Source of the DNA: Cyanophora paradoxa CCMP329 | Lineage: Eukaryota; Plantae; Glaucophyta | DNA length: 64,000 bases | Assembly: GCA_004431415.1 (NCBI GenBank) | Contig: QPMI01000097.1 | Span: 62,001 to 126,000 of the forward strand | Reading direction: 5' to 3' | In this document: positions 1-12,969 of the stretch, piece by piece | Layout of the letters: each line of letters starts with the position of its first letter | Position numbering within the stretch: the stretch's first letter is position 1 | Program-made: the position numbers and the translations under genes | Notes under the pieces: model-generated | Seen by the model: the letters and a program-made list of their open reading frames with translations, nothing else | What the model was told of the DNA's origin: nothing | Database searches by the model: none

Positions 1-515
1 CTTTCCAGCAGGCGGTCTTGAGTTGCCTCGGGCAGGAGGCGCATGCTGGATACACGTCAGCCCGTCGGCCCGACTGCGTCCCGACGCGGACTGCAAGCGC
101 GGACCCTGCTGTTGCTTTGAAGAAGACTGGGGAGGAAGCATGCAGGTGGGCGGGAACTTTGGACATCGCAAAGTGAATCAGAGGGAGCAGCGCTGCTCCC
201 GCAGCCTCCGGATCGCCTGCGTAAGACGAGACCCCTGCAAGCGAGACATGAGCGCCGGTCCCGGCGGGGCGTGTCGCTCCGAGCTGCACCGGGCTTGGTG
301 GAGGTGGTCCAGCTCTCCACCATCTCCAGGCCGTCGTCACTGGAAGTGCGGAGCTGATACACGTTGATGCGCGTCCCCGTGCTCCCCGCATCGACCACGC
401 AGCCGAAGCGCTCATGCCGCGCCCCGCCGCCAGCATCCACAACTGCAGCGCACGATGAGGAGTACAGTGCGAGCGCTGCCAGCAGCGACGCTGCTGCCGG
501 CAAGAAGCCGCGCAT
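1..515 (-). CDS. GDA1/CD39-family apyrase (NTPDase), 5' part; runs off the window
   Basis: N-terminal signal/TM segment, then ACR1 VVDAGSTGTRINVY; after two GT-AG introns the frame gives KPGVSSY...ACR2 FFKATAGMRLL. Confidence 0.9.
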
Positions 516-696
516 TGGTTTGCCGTACCCCGCGGTCCCGACGCCAGGGACGCCTCGGACGCCGGGCGCCCGGACGCCGGACGATTGACGGCGACGGCTG
601 GCAGAGGGGGCGCTGCCTAGGCTAGTTCAATTGCAATCCGAAGCGGCAGCTCAGCTGCGCCTGCAGCTATTGAGCGCCTCCGAGCGTTACCGCGCC

Positions 697-3600
697 ATGG
701 AAGACGAAAGACCGAGCTCAGGGGCGCCCGACTTCGCGGAGACCGAGCGCGAGCTCTACGCGTCGCTGCAGTCCGCTAGTGAGCTCGAACATTCGTGCTA
801 CAACTTAGTAGGCAAGCATGCTCAGCAGGACCATGGTCTCGTGCGTCTGCTGGGCCTGAACAGCGCTATAACCGCTTTCATCCTCGTGTTGTACCTTCTC
901 CTGCGCCGCTTCGCCCCGAGCTTTTACTGCAGGCGCCAAAGGTACGTGCTTGCCCTGCTGCATTTTTGACGTGACACAATCGCGTAGGTTACCTTTGAAG
1001 ACATGGATCGCATCCGTTTGGACGGCTGGCTTCGATGAGGTCGTCCAGTTTTGCGGAAAGGAGGCGGTGCGCCCCACTCAAACTGCCCAACAGTTGCTGT
1101 CTTCAGAAATGCTTCTGAATGAGAACCAGGCTTTCTACCTGGCGTTCCAACGCATGTTGCTTTGCCTGACGACATCCATGCTCGTTGTTGCGCTCCCTTC
1201 GACACTCCCGAGTGCGATTTCACGACCAGCGATTTCAGGCAATTTTTCTGACGGCCCCGCAGTTAACCTTTCCGGCGGCCGCTGCGACGGGTTCGTAGCT
1301 ACAACTTCGAGCAACCTTCCCCTGGGTCCGTCGGTCAAGCTCTGGGCGCATGCTGGGACGGCCATTGCACAGTCGATACTTGCATGGTTTACGATCTACC
1401 ATTTTTCGCGGTGGTTCGACGAGACCCGAGGCGTCTTCAACCCTGCCGCCGCGGCTGGCCAGTTCGGCGACGTTGCGCGGCGCTCGGTAATGATGCGCCA
1501 TGTGGGTCGATCGGTGACAGAAGACGAGATTCGGGAGACCCTCGACCAAGCGTATCCCGTGCGTAGCCCTCTCCGATCCCGAAGTATAACTGACGACCAG
1601 TTCAGGGCTTCGTGCTCAATGTGAAGCGCACGTACCATCTGAGGCACCTCACGGACCTTCTTGCCGGTGCCCCTCGCCGCGCCCGCCTCCTCTCCCCTCC
1701 CTCACGGCCCCATGATGCAGAGCGGGAGGAACTGGTGCAGCTCGCCCTTATTTCGCTGCGCCCGCTCCGCTTGAGCGGGACGTAGGTCAAGGCGCTGGGT
1801 CGGGCGACGGCTGTGGGGCGGGCGCAGCAGGGCAGCATGGTGGCGCTCGAGTCGACCGGGTTCGACAGCGGCGGCCGCTGGCCCGGCGGGGCGGCTCACT
1901 AAGGGGCTGGTTGCGCAGTGAGGCGCCTCCGGAGCGGCTGCTCTCCTCGACGGCCCCGGCGCCCGTCCGCGCGGACACCGTCTTCATCCACTCGCCGCAG
2001 GAGCTCTGGTCCAAGCTCGTCGACGAGGTCTCCGAGGCGGGTGTGCCTTGCCCCGCTTTATGCACCCTCCACCCACCAAAGCTCCCACTGCAGAGCGAGC
2101 ATGCGCCCCCTACCTCTTCGGATCGCAGCGAGCGCGCGTCGAGCAGCTTCAAGTGGGCTGCCCGCCTCTCTCTGCGCGGCCGGCTTTCGAGCATTGCGCA
2201 GCGCAAACTCAATGAATGCGACCGTGAAATCTCAGAGGCTCAGGCGCATTCCATTTCTCCTCTCACCCCTCTGCAGTCCTCAATTGGCCACTGATCTGAT
2301 TCTTGCCCGCTCAGCGCGCCAATACGGATTACCCCACGCGGACCGTCTTTTGCACCTTCCGCTCCTCACGTGTCGCCCGGTCCGCTGCGCCTCCCTCGTG
2401 TCCGGGCGCGCGGTGAGGCGACGGGCCGCGCCGGATGCAGTGAGTGCGAGCGGGACGCGCACGCTGTGACGGGCTGGCGACTGGCGCTTGCGCGTTGCGT
2501 CACGTGCTGCCGGCCCCGCGGCCCGACGGAGGCAGCGCAGACCCTCGTGCGCCCCCCCGGCCCCGCCTTGGGGCCTCGTCTCCAAGCGAAGCGCGCCACA
2601 GATGAGCGCCCCGTGGTGGCGGATGGGCATCGATGTGCAGCCGGCCCCAGACCCCGCCGATATCAGTGCGGCCCACTGAACCCCAATCTCCCAATCTAAG
2701 TACCACCGCTGACGCCCCCCCCCCCCCCCTTTCTTCCCCCCCCCCCCCCCCCCCCCCTCGCCTCGTGTCTCCTTGACGTCCGGAAGAGTGGCAAAACCTG
2801 CGCGTGACGACTTTAGAATTCCGAGTGCGGACGGCGGCCGTTTTTCTCGTCATCTTGATCATCGTCTTCTTCTGGAACGTGCCGCTGGCCTTCGTAGCGG
2901 AGGTCAACAACCTCGCTCAGTGTGTCCGCCGCTTGCCACCCGTCCCGCCGCCCCCGCCGCTCACTGGCGGCAGGGCTCCCATCATCGGGAACCTGTTGGA
3001 CGCCCTCCCCTGGCTCAAGCGCTCTCTCACCCAGTACTGGCCTTCGCTGCTCCTCCTCGTGCGCCCATTGCCGCCGGCTGCCTTTCCCCGGCGCCCGACG
3101 AGGCCGACGCCAGATCTTCAACACGGCGCTCCCCTCCATCGTGTACGGGCTCGTGCAGCTGCAGGGCTACATCACCTACAGCATGGTCCGCTGGCCGGCC
3201 CTAGGGTACGGGCGGGCCCTGCTCGCGCCGTGCCGACACGGCCGCAGGAGTACCGCGCCGCGTGCACGACCATCTTCGCCTTCTTCTTCCTCAATTTGAT
3301 TATATTCCCATCCGGTGGCCCCGCCCCGGCGCGGCCCCCGCTTGCCAGCCTGACGCGTGCCCGCAGCTCTCAAGTCCCTCCTCAAGTTCGCCGAGGTGCG
3401 GGCGGCGCGCGCCGGGTCGTGCGCGGGGCCTCCTCACACATCCGGCAGTTCGTGACGGAGCAGATGGTGGGCGCGCCGCGTTTGGGGGGCCGGGGTAGGG
3501 CACCGAGGCCGGCACAGATGGCGCAAGAAGTACTGGACCTCTCCCTCGGGCTGACGCTCTCGCGGGTGCTGGGGACGGTGCTCGGGTCCTCGGGGTCCTT

Positions 3601-5729
3601 CTTCGTCGCCTACGTCCTCCAGGCCTGCTTCATCCGCAACTGCGTCGACCTCCTCGGCATCCCGCAGGCCCGCCCCCCCCCGTCCCCTCCCCCCTCCCAC
3701 ACACCCCTGTACCCCCACTCTCCACCCCCCCCTTCCACCCCATCTCGACCCCGCCCGGCCCCGCCACCGGCGCGACGTCTTGCGTGCGCAGGTGCTGGTG
3801 ACGGCTTGGCGCACGTCGCGCGCGAAGACGCCCGTCGAACGTGCAGAGGCGCGCGACGTCCCCCCTTTCGAGTTCCACGTCCGCCCCCCGCCCCGCCCTC
3901 GCCCCGACCGGCGCCCGGCTCACCTGCTCTGCCAGGTCGGCTACGCCGAGGCGGGCTTGCTCCCGCCCCGCCCCGCGCGCCTCGCCGACTGACGCGGCGC
4001 GCAGGTTGCGATCCTCTTCGCCGTGGCGATCATGTTCTCATCGACGGTGCCGCTTATTCTGCCCCCCGCCGCCGCCTTCTTCTTCTACCGCTATCTGGTC
4101 GACAAGGTGCCACACCGTCCCGCCCCGCCGTCACGGCGCGCCTGACTTCGCCCTGTCCTAGGCAAACCTCATGGCATGCCCCTCCCTCCTGGTGCCCTGC
4201 GCTGCCCGTTCGGCGCGCCTGACGGGGCGCCAGTACGTGTGCCGGCCGTACACGGCGACGGACGGGGAGCTGGTGCCAGGGGCGCTGGACTTCATTTACG
4301 CGGCTATCGTCCTGTGGCAGCTCGCCGTCACGGGCTACCTCACCGCTCGCGAGAAAAAATTCGCCGGTGAGGGCGCCCTTGGTAACCAAGCCGGTCCCCT
4401 CCCTTCACCGTGTACCCCGCCAGGGCTCGCCCTCCTCCCCCTCTGCACGCTCGCCCTCCGTTTCTCGCGCGCCTTACGCGCCCGCAATGTCCGCACCGAC
4501 CACCCCTGCCCGCAACCTTCGCCCCCCGCCTTACCCTCTTTGCAGTGGCCGGGAGCCCGCATCCTTCGCCGCCTCCTGCAGTGCTACCCCCTGCAGCCCA
4601 CCCCGCGCCCCGCGGGGGGCGGCGGGCGCGACGCCGAGGCGGCCAGGCAGGACCCCGAGGGGGACACGGTCGCCATGCTCCCCAATGTGCGTGGCCCGTG
4701 CACGTGCGCGCCGTGCCCTGCCGAGCGTCCCTCCAGGATTCCCTCGCTGCGCGCACCGAGGGGGCCGTGACGGCGGCGGCCCTTGGCGGCGCTTCTCTCG
4801 GGGCCTCGATGCGCCCGAACCCCAAGCGCACGTGCGCGGCCTGCCTCGCGTCGAAATCAACCTCCCTGAGGGAACTCATGACCCTCTGAGTGACTCGGTG
4901 CAGGCGGCGGCCAATGCTTGCGTCCATTCCCAGGACGGCCTCCATGGCTGTCTCGGTCCCCACGTTGGACTCCGTTGCATACCGTCCGTCCTCCTCTCGA
5001 AGAGCCGCGAGCGTATGCCGAATATACTAACGAAGCGACGCAGAACATCCTGCCCTCTCGGTCGCTCAGATCGCTGCCGCTGCTGCCGCCGCGAGCTCGC
5101 GCGGGAGCTTTGGCTGGCCCAGCGGCGGAGTCGAGCAGAACCTCGTCCCCGCGGCGCGTGTCTCGTCGCCCCTGCAGAGGGCAGAGTCCATCAAGCGCTC
5201 GCGGGGCCTCAGCACGGCGCTTCAGCAGCTCTCGCCACACGGGCCGGAGTTCCCACCCGTGGAGTGCCCGCAGGAGCCATCTCCAGAGGAGCCGCCGACA
5301 GTGGCGGGGGAGCTGGGGGCGACGGTGGGCGAGCTGGGCGAGCTGGCGGCGTCCACGGTGGGCGAGATTGCGGCGTCAACGGCCCAGAGCGTCAGGCGGA
5401 TAGCTGAGGCGGTCGTTGCGCTGCCGGGCCTCTTCTCGCGGCCCGGCGGAGACGTGAGCGCGCCCCCTGAGCCGCATCTCATGGCGTCGCTGGGGAGGCG
5501 GAGCTCGCTCCCCATGGCCCTCACCAAGGATGTCGCAGAGGAGCGGGGGCTGGAATCGGCCCTCGCCTGGGCCGATTCCAGCCAACGCGACGCCCTTTCT
5601 CCTGCGTCTCCATCACCCTCCAAACCTTGCCTGCCCGCCGCGGCTTCAACTCAGGGACCAGATCCTGCCGGTGCTGACCTCGCCCTTAGGGTCGAGGTGC
5701 TGGAGGCTGGAGCCACTGCCTCCTCTTGA
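697..5729 (+). CDS. CSC1/OSCA/TMEM63 calcium-permeable mechanosensitive channel, about 20 introns
   Basis: Spliced motifs: RSVMMRHV; RTVFCTFRS; QPAPDPADI-K-WQNL; IVFFWNVPLAFV; GSFFVAYVLQ; FSSTVPLILP...YRYLVDK-ANLM-YV; stop at 5727-5729. Exons in the 3' quarter not fully resolved. Confidence 0.88.
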
Positions 5730-5763
5730 CTTGTTTGGCATGACGCAAACCTTTGAACACTGA

Positions 5764-5845
5764 GCTGCATTTTGACGTGACACACGGTATCTAGCAAAGC
5801 TAGGGTCCACGGTCAGCGACCGCGAGGCCGGGCTACGCCACTACG
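5764..5845 (+). repeat. GCATTT-terminus element end (subtype 3)
   Basis: GCTGCATTTTGACGTGACAC...CTAGGGTCCACGGTCAGCGACCGCGAGGCCGGGCTACGCCAC matches 43531-43603. Confidence 0.7.
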
Positions 5846-5904
5846 CGGAATATAAATGCGTGGGCTCTGCTTGCAATTGGCTTACAAGCCTTGAAGTTAG
5901 CCCG

Positions 5905-6613
5905 GCCTCAAATCCAAACCAAAGCCCGAATCAAAACCAAGCCTCATGCCATGATGATCAAATCCAAATCAAAGCCCGAATCAAAACCCAGATCATCATC
6001 ATGGCAAGGCATGACTCAGAGTCAGTGATCAAGATTTTTAAAATTTGGAAGAGGAGCTAAGACTCTGAGATAAGGGAGAACGACTCAAGACGTCGACGGT
6101 CCGGACAAACGAGGGCCCCCCGGGCCCCGGGGAACATGACCGAGGGGTACGCAGAGGGATCTCCCTCGAGCTCGCTGGGGGATCTAGATCTCCCTCACTT
6201 TCAAGCCGCTGAGCAAGGGGAGGTCTAGATCCCCCACATTGGTCCTCAGCAGAACTGCCGCAGTGCAGTTAATTAATATAACCAAGTTGCAATTGCAATA
6301 TTAATTGCAACTGTTGAACAGGAGGCCCTGAGGGGTGAACGCCGGGTCTAATTGCTGCTCTAGATCATCGGATCTCGCTGTTCACTTATAATTAAGTTAA
6401 CCTGCCCGGCCCGGCGGGCGGTGCCACGGTGAACGCTGGGTCGACAAGGCGAGATGGCCCAGTGGGGATGCGACTAAGGCAACTCAAATCAAAAGCTTGA
6501 AGCTCAAATCCAAATCAAAGCCCTGGGCTGAGCCCGAATCCAAATCAATCCGGCCCGCTGAGCCCGAATCCAAATCAAAGCCTGCACCCAAATCCAAATC
6601 AATCCGGCTGTCA
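5905..6613 (+). repeat. Clusters of the AATCCAAATCAAAGC subterminal-type motif
   Basis: Iterated at 5910-5990 and 6485-6605; also at 13060-13105, 18723 and (minus) ~46381. Confidence 0.65.
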
Positions 6614-7638
6614 GGGCCCTTGGTGTGCACCCCCCCTAGGAGCATTTGCTTCAATTCCCGGAGGGATTGTTGTATATGGTCATGGTGCAAGGCAGGGGGC
6701 GGCGAGCGGGGCGCTCCTTGGTGGAACAAATACGTAGGCACATGCATCAGGCATGGCAGCGGCCAGGCAGGCAGTCCCTGGCAGCCGATCCTGGCATAGC
6801 GAACAGGAGCCCGGGGCGCGGCGCCGGCGAGCTAGTAGCGTAAGAGGTCTTTGTATCATACATACAAGTGGTTCGTGTGGCCGGGCGGGCTGCGCGCGCG
6901 CTGCCCTGGACGCGCGCCCGTCGAGCGCGCGGGCGCCAGCTCGGGCACTCAGATGCATGCCGGCAGCGCTCAAACCTACCACAGATGCGATGCTAGGTCG
7001 CTGAAGACGCTGCGCGTGCCCGTCGCGGCCCAGCACTTGGTTTTGACGACAGCGTCAAGGGAGGGGGGGGTGCAGTGAATTTTTCGACCGCGGGAACAGC
7101 CGGCGGCAGACCGCCGGAGAGCCGCCCCAGCCGGCCAAAACAGCGGTAGCCTAGTGCACGGAGCTGCGGGCGCTCATTGCGGGTCGCCTCGCAATGAGCG
7201 GCTTCGAGATTTTCATCGACCCGGAGATTCGGGAACGTCGAAGATCGCCGCCACTTCGGCGATGAAAGCATCTAGTTTCGCCGGTGCCAGTGACACGGTG
7301 TTCTCGCCGTGCTTCGATATATCCTTCACGGCTGTTACGAGGCTTCCAGGCCGCGTCCGCGGCCGGGGCGTAGGTCGCGAATGAGAAGGCTTGCTGCTTG
7401 ACTGCCTCGATTCCCTTTCCGCTCTTCACCGCGGCACCCGCCGCAGCCATGACCTTCTCTTTCTGAGTGACCGCGGCCGCGGCGGCCTTGGCCTTCGCAT
7501 TCGTCGTCACCTGGGCGCGAGGGGCCACCTTGCCGAGGGGGTCGAACCCCTCCGGCTGCGCGTATAGCGTGAGGAGGATCGCATGGCGACGCGAGGATGC
7601 GGGCGCACGATCGTGGGCCCGCCCGAGCCTGTGCGCGT

Positions 7639-7680
7639 GGCGCCAAAATTTGAATGTCAGTTGGGCGCCAAAATTTGAAT
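7639..7680 (+). promoter_or_regulatory. Tandem GGCGCCAAAATTTGAAT (E2F/CDE + CHR-like)
   Basis: Two copies at 7639 and 7664, just before ATGGCGGC at 7685; similar GGCGGCAAATTTTTGAAC-ATGGCGGC on minus at ~12962-12987. Confidence 0.4.
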
Positions 7681-9339
7681 CGACATGGCGGCGATTGCGA
7701 GCGCACCGCGCCCCGAGCTCGCGACCGCGTCCGCAAGGCCCTGACTGGAGCGGCCGCTAAACCGGACCCCGAAGGTGGCCGCCCGTTGGGCGGGCTCGGC
7801 CGGCGCGGCGACCTCGGGCTGGTCGTCTGCGCGCCGACACAGCACAAGTAGTCTAGGGCGCATCTAGGGCGACACCCTAGATACTATCTAGTGGTCATCT
7901 GGGGAGTAGTCCGGACACCAGATGAGCCCTAGATGATTTTTTTTCCTATCTAGGGTGCGCAACTAGGGCTTATTTCGGGCTATCGCGCCCCTAGCAAAAG
8001 CGGCCCACGCTTGCACCCCGCGCCATCGCAGCAATCAAAAGAGCTCTCGTCCATTGTACTATCACGTAGCTCTAGCTAGCTACAGCTAACACTAGCGATA
8101 GCTCTGCAGCTAGCTAGTCACTACAGCTCTAGCTAGCTAGCTAACGCTAAAAGCTATGCTATCGTCCGATGTAGCTTGTAGCGCTCGCCGCCGTGGCGCC
8201 GCCGCCTGCCACTCCGCTGCTCCCGCCGCCTGCCCTCCTTGACTCTCCAGGCGCCCGGCGGCCTGCACACAGGAAGTAAGGACGAGCCCTGAAGCGCTGT
8301 GGCGGACGGCGGGGGCAAAGCACTAAGCGATTAAGTTGTAAGCCAGGAGTGCACAAAGGACTAGCGCTAGCATTCGCGGCGCAAAGGTTTAGCGCGCGTA
8401 CCGCAGGTCGGCAGGGGAAAAGAAGAAGGCGTCAATCTGGGAGCTCGAGCCATCAACACGGGACGAGCCACGAGACGAAACAACACGGGACGACGAACCA
8501 CGGCTTCGCCTGGAACCGGGCCCACTGCGGTCAATCCTGCAGGCCGGTCGTGCTCATCGATGAGGATGCACTCGTCGGAGCTTCCTTTGGTGTGTCGTCG
8601 GCACAAAGACCCCGGAAAGCCGGATTAGGCAGGTGTCGGCTGTTCGGACCTGGCCAATTGCAAGGCGTCGGAATTCGCGTCTCGGCGCTCGGAAGGGTCG
8701 CCGTCCACTCTAAAGGGCTAGTTAGCGAGCGTGGCACCAAGTGGGCGGCGGGAGACCGACCGCGGCGGGTGTCCGTTAGTCCGACATGTGCGTGAACAGG
8801 ACAGTCTGCGCATGAACAAGAGGCAAAAGCACGCTAGGAGTCGCGGCTCGGCGCTGCTGCTCGGGCGCCGGCCAGCCCGGTCGAGAAAGCCAGCCTGCAG
8901 TGCCGTTGACGAAGGTCATTTGGATATGTACCCCGGTTTGATTGCGTACCCAACTGCCAAACTGCCCGGTTACTGCCGCAACTGCCGCAACTGCCGCCAC
9001 CAAATCAGCCCCGCGCAGTACTAGTTGCGGGAAGCATACAGAGCCCGAGGACACCAAGAACTGGCGCGGCGCGATCTGGCGAGAGGCAACCGATAAACAG
9101 CCCGAGCCGCTAGCGAGCGAAAAGCCTCGTGCGTGCCACTTCTAGTACAATGTCTCCTACGAGTCCCCAGGGCTAAGTACTCCGTGGCGCAGGGCGACTC
9201 GGCGACACAGCGCAGATGCTGACGCAGCGCGATCCATGCGGGGACCCGCCCTTGCGGCAAGCGATATGAACAGTTCGTACCACACTCAGAAGTTTTCTCA
9301 TAGACAAGTCATGGGGCCGCCGCATGGGGCCGACGCGCG

Positions 9340-10145
9340 GGCGGGCGGAGCGGAGGCGCGGCAGATGCAAGCGGCGACGGCGCGGCGGGCGGAGGCGCGG
9401 CTCACTGAGCGGGTCGCAGGACAGGGCGGGGGCGCGGCGGGCGGCGGCGCGGCTCTCCGCGGGCGGGCCGGAGGCGCGGCGGGCGGCGGTGCGGCCCTCT
9501 GGGCGGCGCGGAGGCGGGGCGGGCAGCAGCGGGGCTCGCGGCGGGCGGCGGCGCGGCCCTCTGGGCGGCGCGGAGGCGGGGCGGGCAGCGGCGGGGCTCG
9601 CGGCGGCGCGGCTCTCCGCGGGCGGGCCGGAGGCGCAGCGGGCGGCTGCGCGGCTCGCCTGACGGGGCAGCGGCTCGGGGACGGCTGCGCGGCTCGCGGG
9701 GCGGGGCGGATGCACGACTGGCGGCCAGGTGGCGCGGCTCGCCTGGCGGGACCGGAGGCGCGGCGAGCGGCGGCGCGGCTCTCCGTGGGCGGGCCGGACG
9801 CGCGGCGGGCGGCGGTGCGGCCCTCTGGGCGGCGCGGAGGCGGGGCGGGCAGCAGCGGGGCTCGCGGCGGGCGGCGGCGCGGCCCTCTGGGCGGCGCGGA
9901 GGCGGGGTGGGCAGCGGCGGGCTCGCGGCGGGCGGCGGCGCGGCCCTCTGGGCGGCGCGGAGGCGGGGCGGGCAGCGGCGGGGCTCGAGGCGGGCTCGCG
10001 GGGCGGCGCAGAGGCTCGCGGGGCGGGACGGAGGCGGGGCGGGCGGCGGCGCGGCTCGCGGCGGGGGGCGGCGCGGCTCGCGCAGGCGGCGGCACGGCCC
10101 TCTGGGCAGGGCGCAGGCGGGGCGGGCGGCTGCGCGGTTCGCGGC
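9340..10145 (+). repeat. GC-rich minisatellite
   Basis: Iterated GGCGGCGCGGCCCTCTGGGCGGCGCGGAGGCGGGGCGGGCAGC variants. Confidence 0.85.
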
Positions 10146-10967
10146 TGCTCCAAAGAATAATACCGCAGGCAATGTGTACAGGGCAGCTAGTATATAGGCA
10201 GACCTAGACCTAGTATATATAGGCAGCCCGGCGCCGGCGGCACTTGGCCGCAAGTGTCTCGTTCCAACATGCATATGTACAAGGTTTTTGATCATGAAGC
10301 AGTGCCTAGTAAATGCATATGACTGTTATTTGCCAAGTTGAGGCTTGTTCAACGGTTTAAGCCTTTATATCAATATTCATGATCATGATGTTGTTCAGTG
10401 GTAATGGAGTCGACGTCACCCACCGAGGCCATGATCATGATCACATGATCAGTTTTCATGATCACAGATTTGAATGAGGTCAACATGCCGGAATGATGTC
10501 AGGCTTGCAATTGAGAGCCGCTGAGCTCGTGACGGCGTCATGATCAGGCGTTTCGGCGGGCCCGGCCCTTACAGGTTAGGTTACTTTGCGAGTCCTGATC
10601 TTCTTATATATTCCAAAAGCCCTTTTTATTGTCGTTCTTATGATGTACTCCGATCTAATAGACCTGAATTCCATCCAAAGATATCCTGTTCGAAAAGAAA
10701 CTTACTAAGTTATGCGGATGGCACATGGTGCCCTGGTCTCGCTCTAGACCCGGCCCATCTTATAGATTCTGAATCCCAGGGTAATATATGTTGGCTTTCA
10801 ATGCTTCGATGCAGGCGCGGGGCCCTGCCTGGAGAGAACGCGTACGGGCAAGGTTCCGCGGGCCCATCCCCTCATGTGCCCCCCTCACTCCCTCAGCGGC
10901 GGGCTTTTTGTCTCGCGCCCGGCGTCCCCGGCCCATCTTATAGATTCTGAATCCCAGGGTAATATAC

Positions 10968-11308
10968 GCGGGTTTTTCTCGAGGAAATTGTCAAAACCGG
11001 AAACCCCTTGCCCCGAATTGTTGCCAGAATCTCGCCAGAATTTCTGAGATTCTTGAGATTGCGGGCTTTTCTCCGGGAAATTGTCAAAACCGGAACCCGC
11101 CTTGCCCCGAATTGTTGCCAGAATCTCGCCAGAATTTCTGAGATTCTTGAGATTGCGGGCTTTTCTCCGGGAAATTGTCAAAACCGGAACCCGCCTTGCC
11201 CCGAATTGTTGCCAGAATCTCGCCAGAATTTCTGAGATTCTTGAGATTGCGGGCTTTTCTCCGGAAAAATGTCAAAACCGGAAACCGCCTTGCCTCGAAT
11301 TGTTGCCA
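10968..11308 (+). repeat. 94-bp tandem repeat, about 3.6 copies
   Basis: Unit starts at 10968, 11061, 11155, 11249 (GCGGGCTTTTCTCCGGGAAATTGTCAAAACCGG...). Confidence 0.92.
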
Positions 11309-11614
11309 TGTAGACATTGCGTAAAAATCAAAAGGCGCCGGCGCCGGCGCCGCGTTGCGGTTGGGGAACGAGTGCTTCGCATGCACATGTACATACCCAT
11401 GGCCAGCTGTCTCGCTTTTGCTCATGATCAGAGTTCGAATTCCTCTTCACAAAACACCTGCCTAGACCTACACCTAATATTATTATTAATTATAAGCTTA
11501 TCGCCATGGCGCCGGCCACCAGGCTTTCTTCGAATTCTCCTCCCCCACGCCCTCCCGGCAGGGGGAGGAGGGTGGGGGGGGGGGGGGGGGGGGGGGGCTC
11601 TTTTATTCTCTGAA

Positions 11615-12125
11615 CGGAGGGCGGGGGCCGCTCCGAGGCGAGGGGCGGGGCCCGCGCGCACGCGGGCCGCCGAGCGGGCCGGGGTGGCACGCGCTGCGCG
11701 CCGCCGTCAGCGCCGCTGGCGGGAGGGCGCGGGAGGGGAGGGGGCGGCGGACCCCGGACGGGGCCCGCGGGCGAGCAGGCGCAGCCAGGCGCGGCGGCGG
11801 CGGCGGAGGGGCGGGGGCCGCTCCGAGGCGGGGGCGGGGCCCGCGCGCACGCGGGCCGCCGAGCGCGCCGGGGCGGCACGCGCTGCGCGCCGCCGTCAGC
11901 GCCGCTGGCGGGAGGGCGCGGGAGGGGGAGGGGCGGCGGACCTCGGACGGGGCCCGCGGGCGAGCAGGCGCGGCCAGGAGCGCGGCGGCGGCCGCGGCGG
12001 CGGTGGGGCGGCGGGCCGCGGGGCGCGCGCTCCGAGGCGAGGGCCGGGGCGGGGCCGCGCGCGGGGCGCCGAGCGGGCCGGGGAGGCAAGCGCTGCGCGC
12101 TCCGAAGGCGGCGAGGCGCTGTGAG
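11615..12125 (+). repeat. GC-rich ~189-bp tandem repeat following a poly-G run
   Basis: CGCGCGCACGCGGGCCGCCGAG at 11653 and 11842. Confidence 0.8.
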
Positions 12126-12656
12126 GCGCCGGCGCCGGCGAGGACCTCCGATGGCCATTCGTACGCGTTCGCGCGCGTAGCTACCTACGCGCGAAGTCAG
12201 TTGGACAAGCACGGGGAGACGCGAAACGCCTAGGACGGTTCTATTATGGCCTGGAAGGCGGCTCCCTGCAGCCGGGAAGCGGCGCGCGGGCGGACGAGCA
12301 CGCGCCTTGCTGCGCGGCATTCCACACGCTTAAGACGTGCAGTTCATCAATATAGATGCTTCTCTGACAGGCCGAAGCTACGGTTGTCGCCCTCGGGAGC
12401 TGCGACAAGGGCGGCTCGACGATGGTCCAAGGCGGCCATGGCGCAAGCGCAGACAGCGTTCAAACTCCCACTGGAACATAGCTAGCGAGGCTAGCAGACT
12501 GCTGGAGTGCTGCTCGTGGCTCTCCCGGTTGCTTGCCATCTAGCACTCAACTTGGGTGGGAAAAACGCTATCTGGGGGTAACCCCAGATGCTACCCTAGA
12601 CAACTTGTGCTGTGCTAGCGGTTAGCGCGGGCGGCGGTTAGCGTGAGCACGCGCAC

Positions 12657-12969
12657 CCATTGCCGTGTAGTAGACGCCCTGCTTGCCCGTCTTCCAGCCC
12701 GAGGTGGAGCACAGGAGGCTGATGTCCTCGAGCTCCTCCGACGTGCCGTCGTGGCGCTTCTCGAGCACGAATTCCATGTTCTCGGCGTCCAGATTCTGAA
12801 ACACAGTCGTCTTGAGCAGCCGCAGGACAACGTCAACGGGGCGGGCGTTGAGCATCTCCGGCTTGAAATGCACAGGCGGCGCATCCGGGCTGCCCTTCCT
12901 GTGGATCACGACACGTTCGATTTCTCCCGCGGGCGCGGAGCCCGCCGCGGGTGCCGCCGGTGCCGCCAT
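12657..12969 (-). pseudogene. Orphan first exon of an unknown gene, cut off by the TIR at 12614
   Basis: MAAPAAP...IERVVIHRKG...KQGVYYTAM followed by a GTGCGC donor; no downstream exon found. Confidence 0.45.

Larger units (their letters stand above)
7838..12614. mobile_element. Putative non-autonomous CACTA/EnSpm(CMC)-like TIR element
   Basis: Inward-facing ~48-bp imperfect TIRs CACAGCACAAGT(A/T)GTCTAGGG..CATCT(A/G)GGG; CTAGGG/CCCTAG subterminal repeats; flanks CGA/CTA (no perfect TSD); no transposase seen. Confidence 0.55.

Noticed and set aside
7151-7600. Minus-strand Ala/Lys-rich ORF as a gene
   Set aside because: Reads protein-like but has no clear start, splice partners or recognisable domain
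10968-11308. 94-bp repeats as a CRISPR array
   Set aside because: Units are contiguous with no unique spacers; no cas genes; eukaryotic context
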